38,393 nucleotides of DNA from Salisapilia sapeloensis CBS 127946 (taxonomy: Eukaryota; Protista; Oomycota): contig JAADVB010000185.1 in NCBI GenBank assembly GCA_023334545.1, positions 1 through 38,393 on the forward strand. The letters run 5' to 3'. The notes beneath the pieces were generated by a model that saw only the letters and a program-made list of their open reading frames with translations, searched no databases and was not told the origin of the DNA. Shown in pieces: positions 21,804 through 31,766 of the stretch (position 1 is the first letter of the stretch; every line of letters starts with the position of its first letter). A program made the translations under genes and the position numbers.

Positions 21804-21819
21804 AAGATTGAAAATGAGG
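21804..21819 (-). promoter_or_regulatory. INR(+FPR-like) core promoter element
   Basis: Minus strand CCTCATTTTCAATCTT, about 60 nt upstream of the ATG at 21746. Confidence 0.55.
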
Positions 21820-21876
21820 CGAATGCAAGTCGACCGGAAGCTACGCCGAACTCGCTTTGTGTTCCGCGAAATGGAT

Positions 21877-21884
21877 TGATTGGC
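21877..21884. promoter_or_regulatory. CCAAT-box-like element (TGATTGGC / GCCAATCA)
   Basis: Lies about 60 nt upstream of the INR of the 710-aa expansin gene; short motif that could be chance. Confidence 0.35.
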
Positions 21885-23006
21885 ACATGGGGCCTTTGAG
21901 AGCGCGGTGCTTGCTTGAGACAAGCTCGACGTATTGCGTCAGCTTAGACGAGGCTGTGTTGTCTTCGTCCTACGTCAAATTTGCAGTAGCACGCCACTTC
22001 TTATCCATCATGTATCCCTTAAACCGTCTGACTAAGTCGGCAAATTGTTCGTCCACGACCAATGAGACCTGTCTATAACTCAGGTCGGAACAACGTGACG
22101 AAGATACTTTTTATCCACTATGTTAAAAATACGGTTGGTAAACTTCAGTTTCGACTCGTTTAGATCGACGAATTTGTATACTTTCGTGTTTTGTAATCTT
22201 TATTTGCATGTATCGAAAATGTCAATGCTTTATGGGTCTAGTACTCCCTTGAGCACCCCTCCAGTGAGGACTTGACAAAAGACAAGAAAGTTCACAGAAG
22301 GATGCGATATTGTCGTCGTACTTGCGCACGCTGGGATCCATGCATGATTTATCCATTGAAAATGTCGTCTCGTGTCGTAATTTGTATATAGGATGTACGG
22401 AGTAAATCATGCTGCAAATCCTGTCGCCAGACTCATGAAGATTTCGAACATGACGCACGGGCTTCATCCATTCTTTCAGCATCTTCATTATCGCTCAACA
22501 CCACATACGCTGACAGGTTTACACAATTCTATCCAAGTGCTCTATCGGCGAGATTTACCACGACCCGACTTACCACACATTCAGCGTAGCTTTAACTTTA
22601 AAATGGCCAAGGACTCATGTGGGAGCCAGGCGTATTTGTAACAATCTCCGATCACAAAAGTATATTTGCTAAACAAGAAAAATTTTCATTTACATCATAT
22701 TGCTGTGTGCGCTTCGAAAAAGATAATCAGACAGGATGCAAGCTGCTGAACGTCATGGATCCATCCCAGGAGTCACGCATCATGACCAGGCATCAGCCCA
22801 ACGAAGTTTCTTTTGTCAAGTGACTGGTGGAGAATCTTTGATGGATGCAACTGTCACGTGGCGATAGAAATACCTTATCCGCATGATCAATGAAGCTACG
22901 CCAATGAATGTCTTTTATTTACTGTTTCGTCCTTAGCCCTCGTTTAGATTAGAGGAATGGCCGGCAAGTGCTGGAAGAGCAAGTTGCTACATTAAATGGG
23001 AAAGAA

Positions 23007-23080
23007 TGATTTGTCCCACAGCATATGTACGTCTACAAAGCAGCAGACGCGAATGAACACTCGCACTGATTTGTCCCACA
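23007..23080. repeat. Exact 14-bp direct repeat TGATTTGTCCCACA, two copies 60 bp apart
   Basis: 23007-23020 and 23067-23080; the intervening and flanking sequences are unrelated. Confidence 0.85.
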
Positions 23081-24283
23081 CTTTAAAGCTTCATCCAAGC
23101 ACAGAGAGCTGCATCTCTTGCGTGCGTACATTGACTATCAATGCATGTATGAGGAAAATTTGTAGAAGCTGGTCCAAATTTGTGCAAACATGCGATAAAG
23201 ACAGTCAAAACGAAATAAATGCCAACACGAGTGGTCGGAGCGGTATATTCGACCAGGTTACCGGTAACGTTACTCTTATGTATCCATCACTGACAAGAAA
23301 TCTGCGCACTTACACCACTTAAAGCTATAATAGGTAAATCATTCAAAACCGCATCAGAAGCTCACGCGGTGATCAAGACCATGACAAAGTGTCAAGCTCA
23401 CAATTTTTGCTGACGAGACGAGTGCGTTTTCAACCTGCATTGTGCAGTACTTTGTATGATGAAGAGCATGGACAATACACCGAAGACTTGATGTCGAAGA
23501 CGGAATTTAAATCTTTCATGGCACATCAGCGCTTGCTACGATTTAAGGTTCCATTCTCCAAAAGAGGAAACAAAAGCTCGTTCTGTTCGAATAGACAAAA
23601 TCACATCGAACGACTCGCAATCTGAAGCTAGGCCCAGCGACTTTACATCCGACATTCGCGTAGAGCAGTTCACCTTCCCTTGCATGCGCCAAATAATAAT
23701 CCGCTTATCTGGAAAACACGCACCAAATCAGGGTATAAATACCGCTACGCGGCGCTACTTCCACATCTTCCTGTCATTTTAGTCGTGCGTCGCATACGAA
23801 AAGCAAGTTATTCAACTGGAGGAAGTCTGATAACAGTGCCGACTCCGCTACCAACAGTCCGAGGAAGGTGGGACTTGATCTTATTCCCTCGAAGGTTACA
23901 AAGAACATGCGAGTGGAGAGGAGGCAAGCATGGAGAGACTGGTATGGTGCCCTTTCGTGTGCTTACGATTTAAACTCACTGTCTTTAGCAGTCTACTCTC
24001 TAAATGTCTTATACGTATCGATATTGTTTGCCTCGGTCTAACCAAGGCAGATCCTGAACACTATCGTAAGCGGATAATCACATACCTCCGATAGATCAAC
24101 TACATTGTCCAGTTTTCTGTCCAAGGTATGTTACCATATCTAGCTAAACATAAGCCAAAGGCAACAAAGGGCTGCACATAAAGCACGCGAACAATTTTTC
24201 TGTCGCATCGTCTCCACCAAAATAGTTGGCACGGCTCATCCTTTTCATCGCCACATTAGCATGCTGGTACTATATCCGAGAGC

Positions 24284-25220
24284 ATGACGACGGAGTGGAG
24301 CGCAGATGCGTATCAAGATTTTCACCTCTCGGAGGAAAGGAAAGCTGATTGCAAGTACATTGCAATGATACTCGTTCATAAAGGGTTTCGACATTATTAA
24401 AAGTTCGATCGCTCCGTACCTCGGAAAATGGATTGTGAACGCTGGAAACCGATCAATTCCTCCAACAATGTGACCGTGTACCGTGAGTGGCATCCATCTC
24501 GGCGTGTGGTGAAAGATTCATAAACCGATAGTGCTGGATGGCAAATGCCTCGAGTCATTGCCGGCAATGGGACGATCTCAGATAACATGGACGACCTCTT
24601 CTTCGGTCTCGTCAATGGCGATGAGGCAGCACTTTTACAAAGCGCAAGTTACGCCGGGCAGCCGGCGACGAATGCCCAGATTCTCTCAACAATCGAGAAG
24701 CCGACTCTGGAGCATCCATATCGCTGCACTACTCTCCAATGGCGTGCTGCGAGTCCAAGTCTAGCACTCCAGGGGGTTGTCAAAGACCGAGATGCCGTTT
24801 ACATTCGAGCGAACGGCATTCTGCAAGTCAATAGAGACGAGCGAATCGGGTATTATCGCGCATTCAGTCGACTTGCCATCCACTCCGCCCCTGGAAGGAC
24901 GAGGCATCATACGATCCCGTGGTTCGACTTGTGTTCTTTTCAGGCCCACGTCGGATCAATCTGTTGAGGTATTTGCCAAATCGTACAATGAAGTGTTTGG
25001 AAATGAACTTCTCGATTCGATCGCTGTGGTCACACTGGCCAGTGGGCTTATGGGTGCTTGGTCCTCGGCCCATTGTGGGAAGATGAAGAAGCTCTCGTGG
25101 CTCCTTCAGAGAAAGAATGTAAACAAGAATGATGTCCTAAGCTTTATTGGCAACGGGGAAGCTCAAAACAAGTCGAACTGTCGAGGATTTCTCAGCTGGC
25201 GGAATGTAGCCATTTCCTAA
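24284..25220 (+). pseudogene. Pseudogene of the START-like/zinc-finger family
   Basis: ATG 24284 MTTEWSADAYQDFHLSEE...HY* (TAA 24398-24400), KFDR...RWKPINSSNNVTVY...DS* (TAA 24521-24523), GTISDNMDDLFFG...IGY, frameshift at 24854, IAHSVDLP...GKMKKLSW; the zinc finger is not recognisable. Confidence 0.85.
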
Positions 25221-27605
25221 TGTACGTCTTTCGAAGATCCAACGACTTTAAGCTGCCGACTTCGACTTTAACTTCTCTTCACAAAATGGGATCACGCAGT
25301 GATCCTATGCATTCTTCCTTAGTTTGTGCATGCGATGGAACAGAAGTTTCATATCATCTAATATGCGAAGCGGATCGTTAAGCAAAGCAGCAGGATCGTG
25401 TGAAACGGATACCGGCACTGCATAGCTTAGAGTAGGAACCAAGAGCTCAGCTTTCCAATTCGCAAGCAAATAAAACAATTTCAATTCAAGACTGTATTCT
25501 ATTGCGTGGATATCGCAAACGGAAGGACTGAGTGAGTTAGCTGGCAACGAATTTGGCGCTGGCAAAGTCTACAAGTTTGATTTAGATCAGCATAGTCTTT
25601 AACAGAAGGCTCGCTAAATGCTTTTGCCCAATTTACATCATTTAGCAATAAAGCTCAACTTGTAGAGCCCCAAAGAAGATCCTCGGATGAAGATGCTCCT
25701 GTACGAGGTGGTTCGGATAAGGACGACGAGTTGGATACGATGATTGAATAAGTTCGGAGGGGAAGCATTTCGATTTTTTCTTTAAACGATCAAGAGCGTG
25801 GTCGGCAGCTCGCGTGGATGAAAATGGCTGGGCTCCTGCTACGGTATGACGACCCAACTAGTGTGGGATCGAAGAAAGAAAAGAAAGATGACGCTTGAAC
25901 GACAACGAAGTTGGCTTTAAATGAAGTCGTCTGCAGTAACCTTTTTAAGATTCTCCTTGCGTGGTACCTTCAACTGTGATGTTTCCTGAATATCGTTCTT
26001 AATAAAAAATCGTGGTATCTGTCATCTCGTCTTTAAGCACTACTGACATTTACTGCTTGCGCGAAAGTGTCGATAATTTCAAGATTAGACTGAGCAATTT
26101 ATCGATCGTCTCTGCTGTCAGCGATGCTTCATCGAGGAAAAGTTGTACACGGGACCCAGCTCAATAACATCGAGTAAGTTTATTATAACATCTTCCTTTT
26201 GTAGTTTAAAAGACGAATGATCTTTTTTAATAATAAGTGAGGTATATTGACGTCAAGTTACTTACGATATCTAATGTCCGTCCTGGCGTGCGACAAGCAC
26301 ACGCCAGCCTACCGGCCTATCCGATGATCGATATTTGTTGCTTTATTGAATACATTTGAATGTAAAAGTTTGTAGTCAGCCCTTTAAAGGAAGTCCAGCA
26401 TGTGATATAACTTCGGGATAGCTGACATAATGAAGCTACATGAATACATAACGCATGGACCAACCAGCAGAGGTGGATAAGTTGGATCTAGAAGGTCTCC
26501 ACCTGGATGTTTTCATCATGATGTAGCCTTTGGCGGTACACGGAAGCTGAAGTAAAGAATTTAAATCTGAATATCGAGATACCAGCACGATGGCGATGTC
26601 GAACGTGATGCCAAGAGCCAAGTTGGATATTTGAGACGCAGGCGACAGCTGTGCACACTGCTTGGTTTCGATATATTCCGGCGCTTTCGTCATATAAGGA
26701 TTTTATAGTCGTATATCTTGGCGTACCGAATCTTGTGCGACTTCACTTGAAGTGCAATCGGTCATCTGGTCCAAATATAGTTGAGGGTCATGCTTGGTAC
26801 CTAGACCAGGTATCCGTACGTTGCGTTTAGCAATATCTGTTTCTGTAAGGGCGGGTGTTTGGTCTTTCAATGTACTGCTCATAAAGTAATTTCCGTTTGC
26901 TGTATAAGTAGTCATTGACGTGGCTTGATTCACTCTGCCGTCTTGACAATAGAAAGTACAATGGACAAGGACAGCACCTAATAGACCATAATCTTTTATC
27001 ATGTAGCATTGCCGCAGCATTTCATCCGTTGGTTTGGATAAGTTGTGCAACTCTACTAAGAAAAGGGTGCCCAATTGACACAAAGGACAGTTAGCGCAAC
27101 TGAAAGACTGGTAACGAGGGTAGAAGAGAATTTTAGCACTTGGTGACGTGGTCTCTTCTTGGTTTTGAACATCGCTGCTTCAATATGACTATTACAGAGC
27201 TCGGTTAGTGACAAAGAGTGTTAGACAGAAATTACGAGAAGCGTTGCTGTTTCGGACCTGTTATGACTCGCATAGTCGATCGTACACCAAGAAAGAATCG
27301 GGAGCTGCGATACCAATAAACCAGTATGATTGTAAGCGATATGGGTACAAATCTATGATCCAAGTGATCGTAAAGATGGTCATGCAGATGAACTTATAAA
27401 GCGAAGTTATTGTGTAGAAAATTAGACCAATACGTGTATGCTGTTCGTCCACAGCAGAGCAATGCACTACCAGAATGAGCTATGAAACTTATCGATGCAC
27501 TCGAGCGCGATAATCGATTCGGTTTCTGTACATGACAAAAGCTGCTCTATACTAGAGCCCAGGCAATCCGTTCAAATACAAAGGGGTATCAACAACGCTT
27601 GTGCT

Positions 27606-27908
27606 TTATTTTTCGCATTCACATTCTGCGTACTTGATGACACTTTTGAACGAGGCTTTGTCGTCCTCACTGCATTTCTTGTCGCCCTTGCATCTTTTAC
27701 TCATCGAACACAAATAGTCGCATGTATCCGCTTTGATGACCTCGTTCTCGCTGTCGTATTCCCGAGGATTCGAGGGATCCGTGTCCCAAGGAGTCGTCTT
27801 AAAGTGTTTGGCACCATGGGTCTTCACGTGAATGCTTGATGAAGCGAAAACACTGTGTGTCAAGACGAATGCTGTCGCGAGGAGGAGCGTACAAGTGGAG
27901 AATTTCAT
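27606..27908 (-). CDS. Small secreted cysteine-rich protein, 100 aa, 6 Cys in the mature part; unknown family
   Basis: Signal peptide MKFSTCTLLLATAFVLTHSVFA; clear paralog at 29000..29353; INR upstream. Confidence 0.85.
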   Translation of the reverse strand: MKFSTCTLLLATAFVLTHSVFASSSIHVKTHGAKHFKTTPWDTDPSNPREYDSENEVIKADTCDYLCSMSKRCKGDKKCSEDDKASFKSVIKYAECECEK

Positions 27909-27930
27909 CGTCGTGAAGTCTGTTCGATCT

Positions 27931-27946
27931 GAATTTGAAAATGATT
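27931..27946 (-). promoter_or_regulatory. INR(+FPR-like) core promoter element
   Basis: Minus strand AATCATTTTCAAATTC, 22 nt upstream of the ATG at 27908; nearly the same as the element at 3700..3715. Confidence 0.55.
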
Positions 27947-28999
27947 AAATGGGGGTAAGGTTGAAGCAGGTCGAGTCTGGTTACATCTTGTCAACCCAGA
28001 TTTAGTGGCTCCAATACAATTTGCGTATCAAAAGATCTTGTCAGTCACCAGCTTTAGCCTCGCCGATCAGAGAAAATCGATGCTGATACAAGTTGATTAC
28101 TCTAGCTGTCGTTGCTTATCGGCTAGAATAGAGTAGGAACAGGATCGAAATGTGTACCGGTGTAATTAAATGCTATTGTAGAAAGCTAAAAAGCGACTCT
28201 GGGTGTCACTACCAAACAAACTCAGTGCCTACTACTGTGTTTCAGCCGCTCAATTCTTCTAGTTGCTAGTCATGTCGTCCCTAGTATGCTGAAAAAAGGA
28301 AGAACACTCCGAAAGATAAGCAACATGACTTTGCATGCCTAGGAAATAAAGGGAGACTGTTTTAATCGGATACCCGTCGTTCGTAACATGCACTAGCCTC
28401 CTTGTGGCCTAAGTCAAATGGTCTTGCTCTTCTCATCCACTGCATCGTTCAATTTCTATCCAATGTTTCTGTCATAACTCTGAACATTTTAGACGCTCAA
28501 AGATCCATCACCCAAGAAAGTGAACTGAATGTATTCTCGTCATCAACCGTGGCACCACACTGATGCATCCTCATTTCAAAGTCACGTCTTCCATGCGCCA
28601 AATTAGGCAGCCTGATAATATTCGTGGGTGTCTTATAAAAGCTTTCAGTCCAAGTGTGTAAGCTTATTGATAGTTTTGCCAAGCGATGAGAAGCATGCCT
28701 CGATATTGTCGACTCCTCGCCATCACAGTCAAATTTACAGGCATAATGAGCCAGTTTTCTCGCGAAGTAGTCAGTTTATTGATAGTCTAAACAACTTCAC
28801 TACACGGTTTATGAAAAGAGTACCGACTGGGATGACAACATATCGACTACTCGAGACGAGCGAGAATGATAGTATGATAGAGAGGTAGTCAAATATAACA
28901 AGCGATATCAAGTATCCATCACAAATCGTCCCACGTACTAGAATATAAAGAAAGAAAAATATAGAAGGCATTTCATCAGTATGCTCTATTGTCGAGACT

Positions 29000-29353
29000 T
29001 TAGCACTCGCATTCAGCATATTTCATCACTGTCTCCATGGAAGACTTGGCCTCGGTGTACTCCTTACAAAGGCTGTTGGAGGTATCGCCGCGACAATTGC
29101 GACCTTTCTGGTGGGACCAAAATCCGTGCAAAGTGCACAAGTTCTCACAGCTTTCCTCCTTCTTCTTTTTCTGCTCCTCATCGACGGTCGAACTCGCAGG
29201 GTCTTGGTCGTACGGAGTGGCCTTGTAAAGGAGCTTGTGGTGCGATCGAAGATTTTTCTGGTGATGATGGTGATGGTGGTGGTGCGAGGCAGACACATCC
29301 ATGGTTAAACAAGCCATGGCAACGACCAGCGAGCAGACAGAGAGGAGCTTCAT
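29000..29353 (-). CDS. Small secreted His-rich, cysteine-rich protein, 117 aa; paralog of 27606..27908
   Basis: True ATG at 29353 (the ORF-track start at 29395 is TTG); signal peptide MKLLSVCSLVVAMACLTMDVSA, then His8, KNLR, YKATPYDQDP, CxxxC, C...C and KYAECEC. Confidence 0.85.
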   Translation of the reverse strand: MKLLSVCSLVVAMACLTMDVSASHHHHHHHHQKNLRSHHKLLYKATPYDQDPASSTVDEEQKKKKEESCENLCTLHGFWSHQKGRNCRGDTSNSLCKEYTEAKSSMETVMKYAECEC

Positions 29354-29355
29354 TG

Positions 29356-29412
29356 CTACAGAGATGAAAAATATCTTTTGATACGGTGTACGCAAATCAG
29401 TTCTCCTCTTAC
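29356..29412 (-). other. Predicted 57-nt 5'-UTR intron
   Basis: Minus strand CAG|GTAAGA...CTGAT...TTTTTCATCTCTGTAG|CAATG; ends 2 nt before the ATG, and the upstream exon has an in-frame TAA. Confidence 0.6.
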
Positions 29413-29980
29413 CTGTTATATTTTATGAATTTTATAAAACAATAGATATTCTCTTCAGTCTACCTCTACAAACACTTAACTGGACACTTAGCGAGTAAAG
29501 CGTGACAATGTCCCTCGTCTTAGACTTTGAGTCCGCTAATGTAGCTAGATCCTTTAAATATAAAATTGTGCATGCTATTACATGTGAACAACTATTTGGG
29601 ATATGTGGGCTACTGCTAAGGTAGATAGAATTCTGGAAACGTGCGAATTGGGTGTCTATAGAAGCACAAAAATGGATGGCACACTTGCAAGTCTGCCATC
29701 GATAAATAGAAGTTCGCACCTTTCTTTCTGGAAAGAAACGGTGTATCACCACTTGTAAGGAGTTCTGCGTGCCGCAACATGAGCAAAAAATCTTCGTTCG
29801 AATATCCGAGAGATTCGCTGTCAATTCGACGAGAGAGCGGTTCAATGTGAATTTACGAGCTTCCGACCTTGGATTTTGTTGGTATAAACCTGCCGATGTT
29901 GTTCTGCTGAATCAAACCCTCGGATTTTTTGTTGAAAATGCAAGGTAGTCCCAGCAGATCTATAGCTCACACAATGCACC

Positions 29981-30865
29981 ATGTCATTATCTAAATTGCT
30001 GACGAAAACAACGATGTCAATCCTGTTGTTGTTGTGCGCTCTCGTATACTCTGTGTCTGCTTCCACGCAAGTCTCCTTTGCCGACACCCCCGTCTTTATT
30101 AATGCGACGGACTCACATCCAGCTAGCAATCGTATTAATGGGCAAATTGTGCAAGACTGGGAGCTCAAAAAAGTCCCGTACGTTGGAAACATCATTGGGC
30201 CTGGAATCCAATGCACTGGTGTACTCATTCGACCGCGGTGGGTCCTCACAGCTGCTCACTGTCTTGTCAATGCATCATGGACTGTGACTTTTACGGATGG
30301 CAAGTCCATAGAGACTATAGCAATCGAAGACAGCAAATCTAGACCGGAATTTTATCAAGTTAACAATGTTCCTTATGGAAATGACGTTGGTTTGATTCAG
30401 CTGAACAGCCCCAGTAAATTTGATCCCATCGCAATGATGAGAGACGTAAAAAATCGCACTCAATCGATCGGTACAGCGTATGGGTATGGTAAGCATACTG
30501 AATCGGGTAATTTGGTGAATACCGGTGAGCTACGGACAACCTCGTTCACACTTACATCAAATGACGATGAAGAATGTGATGACAAAAGCATTAATACCAT
30601 ATTTTGCCCGCAAGTACAAGAAGAAAGAGATGGAATGTGTCCTGGCGATTCTGGTGGTCCTCTTATCATTGAGGAGAATGAACCGCTCGTCTACGGCATC
30701 CATTCCGCGTCCTACCCTTGCCTGACGTCAAAGTATCAACGCCCGTCGTTCGAGTTTGTACCATATCACTACCAATGGATTGTGGACACCATCGATGGAT
30801 ACGAGGAAAAGGATGTCAACGATGGAGCTGGTGTGAATACTGTTGCAAACATATCAGTGTCTTAA
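29981..30865 (+). CDS. Secreted chymotrypsin-fold (S1A) serine protease with intact catalytic triad; start at 29981 or 30014
   Basis: Signal peptide, pro-region ending R|INGQ, CTGVLI..RWVLTAAHC (His), NDVGLI (Asp), CPGDSGGPL (Ser); six Cys in the usual 42-58, 168-182 and 191-220 pattern. Confidence 0.92.
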   Translation: MSLSKLLTKTTMSILLLLCALVYSVSASTQVSFADTPVFINATDSHPASNRINGQIVQDWELKKVPYVGNIIGPGIQCTGVLIRPRWVLTAAHCLVNASWTVTFTDGKSIETIAIEDSKSRPEFYQVNNVPYGNDVGLIQLNSPSKFDPIAMMRDVKNRTQSIGTAYGYGKHTESGNLVNTGELRTTSFTLTSNDDEECDDKSINTIFCPQVQEERDGMCPGDSGGPLIIEENEPLVYGIHSASYPCLTSKYQRPSFEFVPYHYQWIVDTIDGYEEKDVNDGAGVNTVANISVS

Positions 30866-31766
30866 AGTCGTGATGATTTATTCACGTAGTCATGAAGAAT
30901 GCCTAATGACTTGAAATCCAAATTGATTTGAACTTTGTTAAAAACGGGCTGTGGAACGTTGTCAGTGGTAACCTGAAGTATAAGCTATATCACTGTCTTC
31001 CTCTATTAAATTGAAGTAAACAATGGTAACCAAGAGATCTACAGCTTACCTTCAGAATGGAGGCTCAATGATTATGTGCCATAACTAGGCTAAAGAATTT
31101 AAAGGTTGTGAGTGTCTTTCGTTGTGCGGTTGTAGCTGCATATGGTGAATAGAAAAAGCAATGGAAGATGGGTCTTAATAGTCAGCATAAGTATGGTAAG
31201 GCTTCGTGGTTGGGCAGCCCGTGCAAATGCATGTCAATCAAAGGTGCTGGATGGAAAAGGTACATAGCTTATGAAGAGCTCTTAATATCATTTGGTCATT
31301 TGTTTACTGGTTCCAGTCACGAATTTGTAGCATCATTTGTAGTAAAATTCCCACATAGACCTTTAGTTTAATCTACGCATGGTTTTATGCAAACCAGTAT
31401 TTACCATGCCGTGCATATACACTTCTTCGGATAATGCATAATGCGCTGTAGCATAGTGTAGCATTCCGCTAAGTAGACGACAGCATTAAGGCACGCGAAA
31501 TCCAGAAACGAGTGCATGAGCTACTTCAAGATGAATGAATCTAGCAACGGTGCTACCACAAGAACAATAAATATCCATTTCAGCATCCAGTAGGCTACCT
31601 TAATTGATATAAGCTATCCTGCTCTTTCACCGCAACATAACTTGTAAAGATGATATGAATTTCTTTGCTGACAGACCAAAGGAGTTCATTGTACTTCCTA
31701 ACAAAAGCAGGGTAAGTTGAAACGCTGATACGCAAGCATTAACAATGGAAGTAACCGAGAAACGGA

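Noticed and set aside
23007-23080. CRISPR-like repeat-spacer-repeat
   Set aside because: Only two copies, 14 bp, no cas genes, eukaryotic context.
29000-29353. Canonical RXLR effector call
   Set aside because: The motif is KNLR, there is no EER, the paralog lacks it, and a disulfide-rich core is atypical of cytoplasmic RXLR effectors.
29981-30865. Glucanase inhibitor protein (GIP) call
   Set aside because: GIPs lack the catalytic triad; here all three residues are intact.
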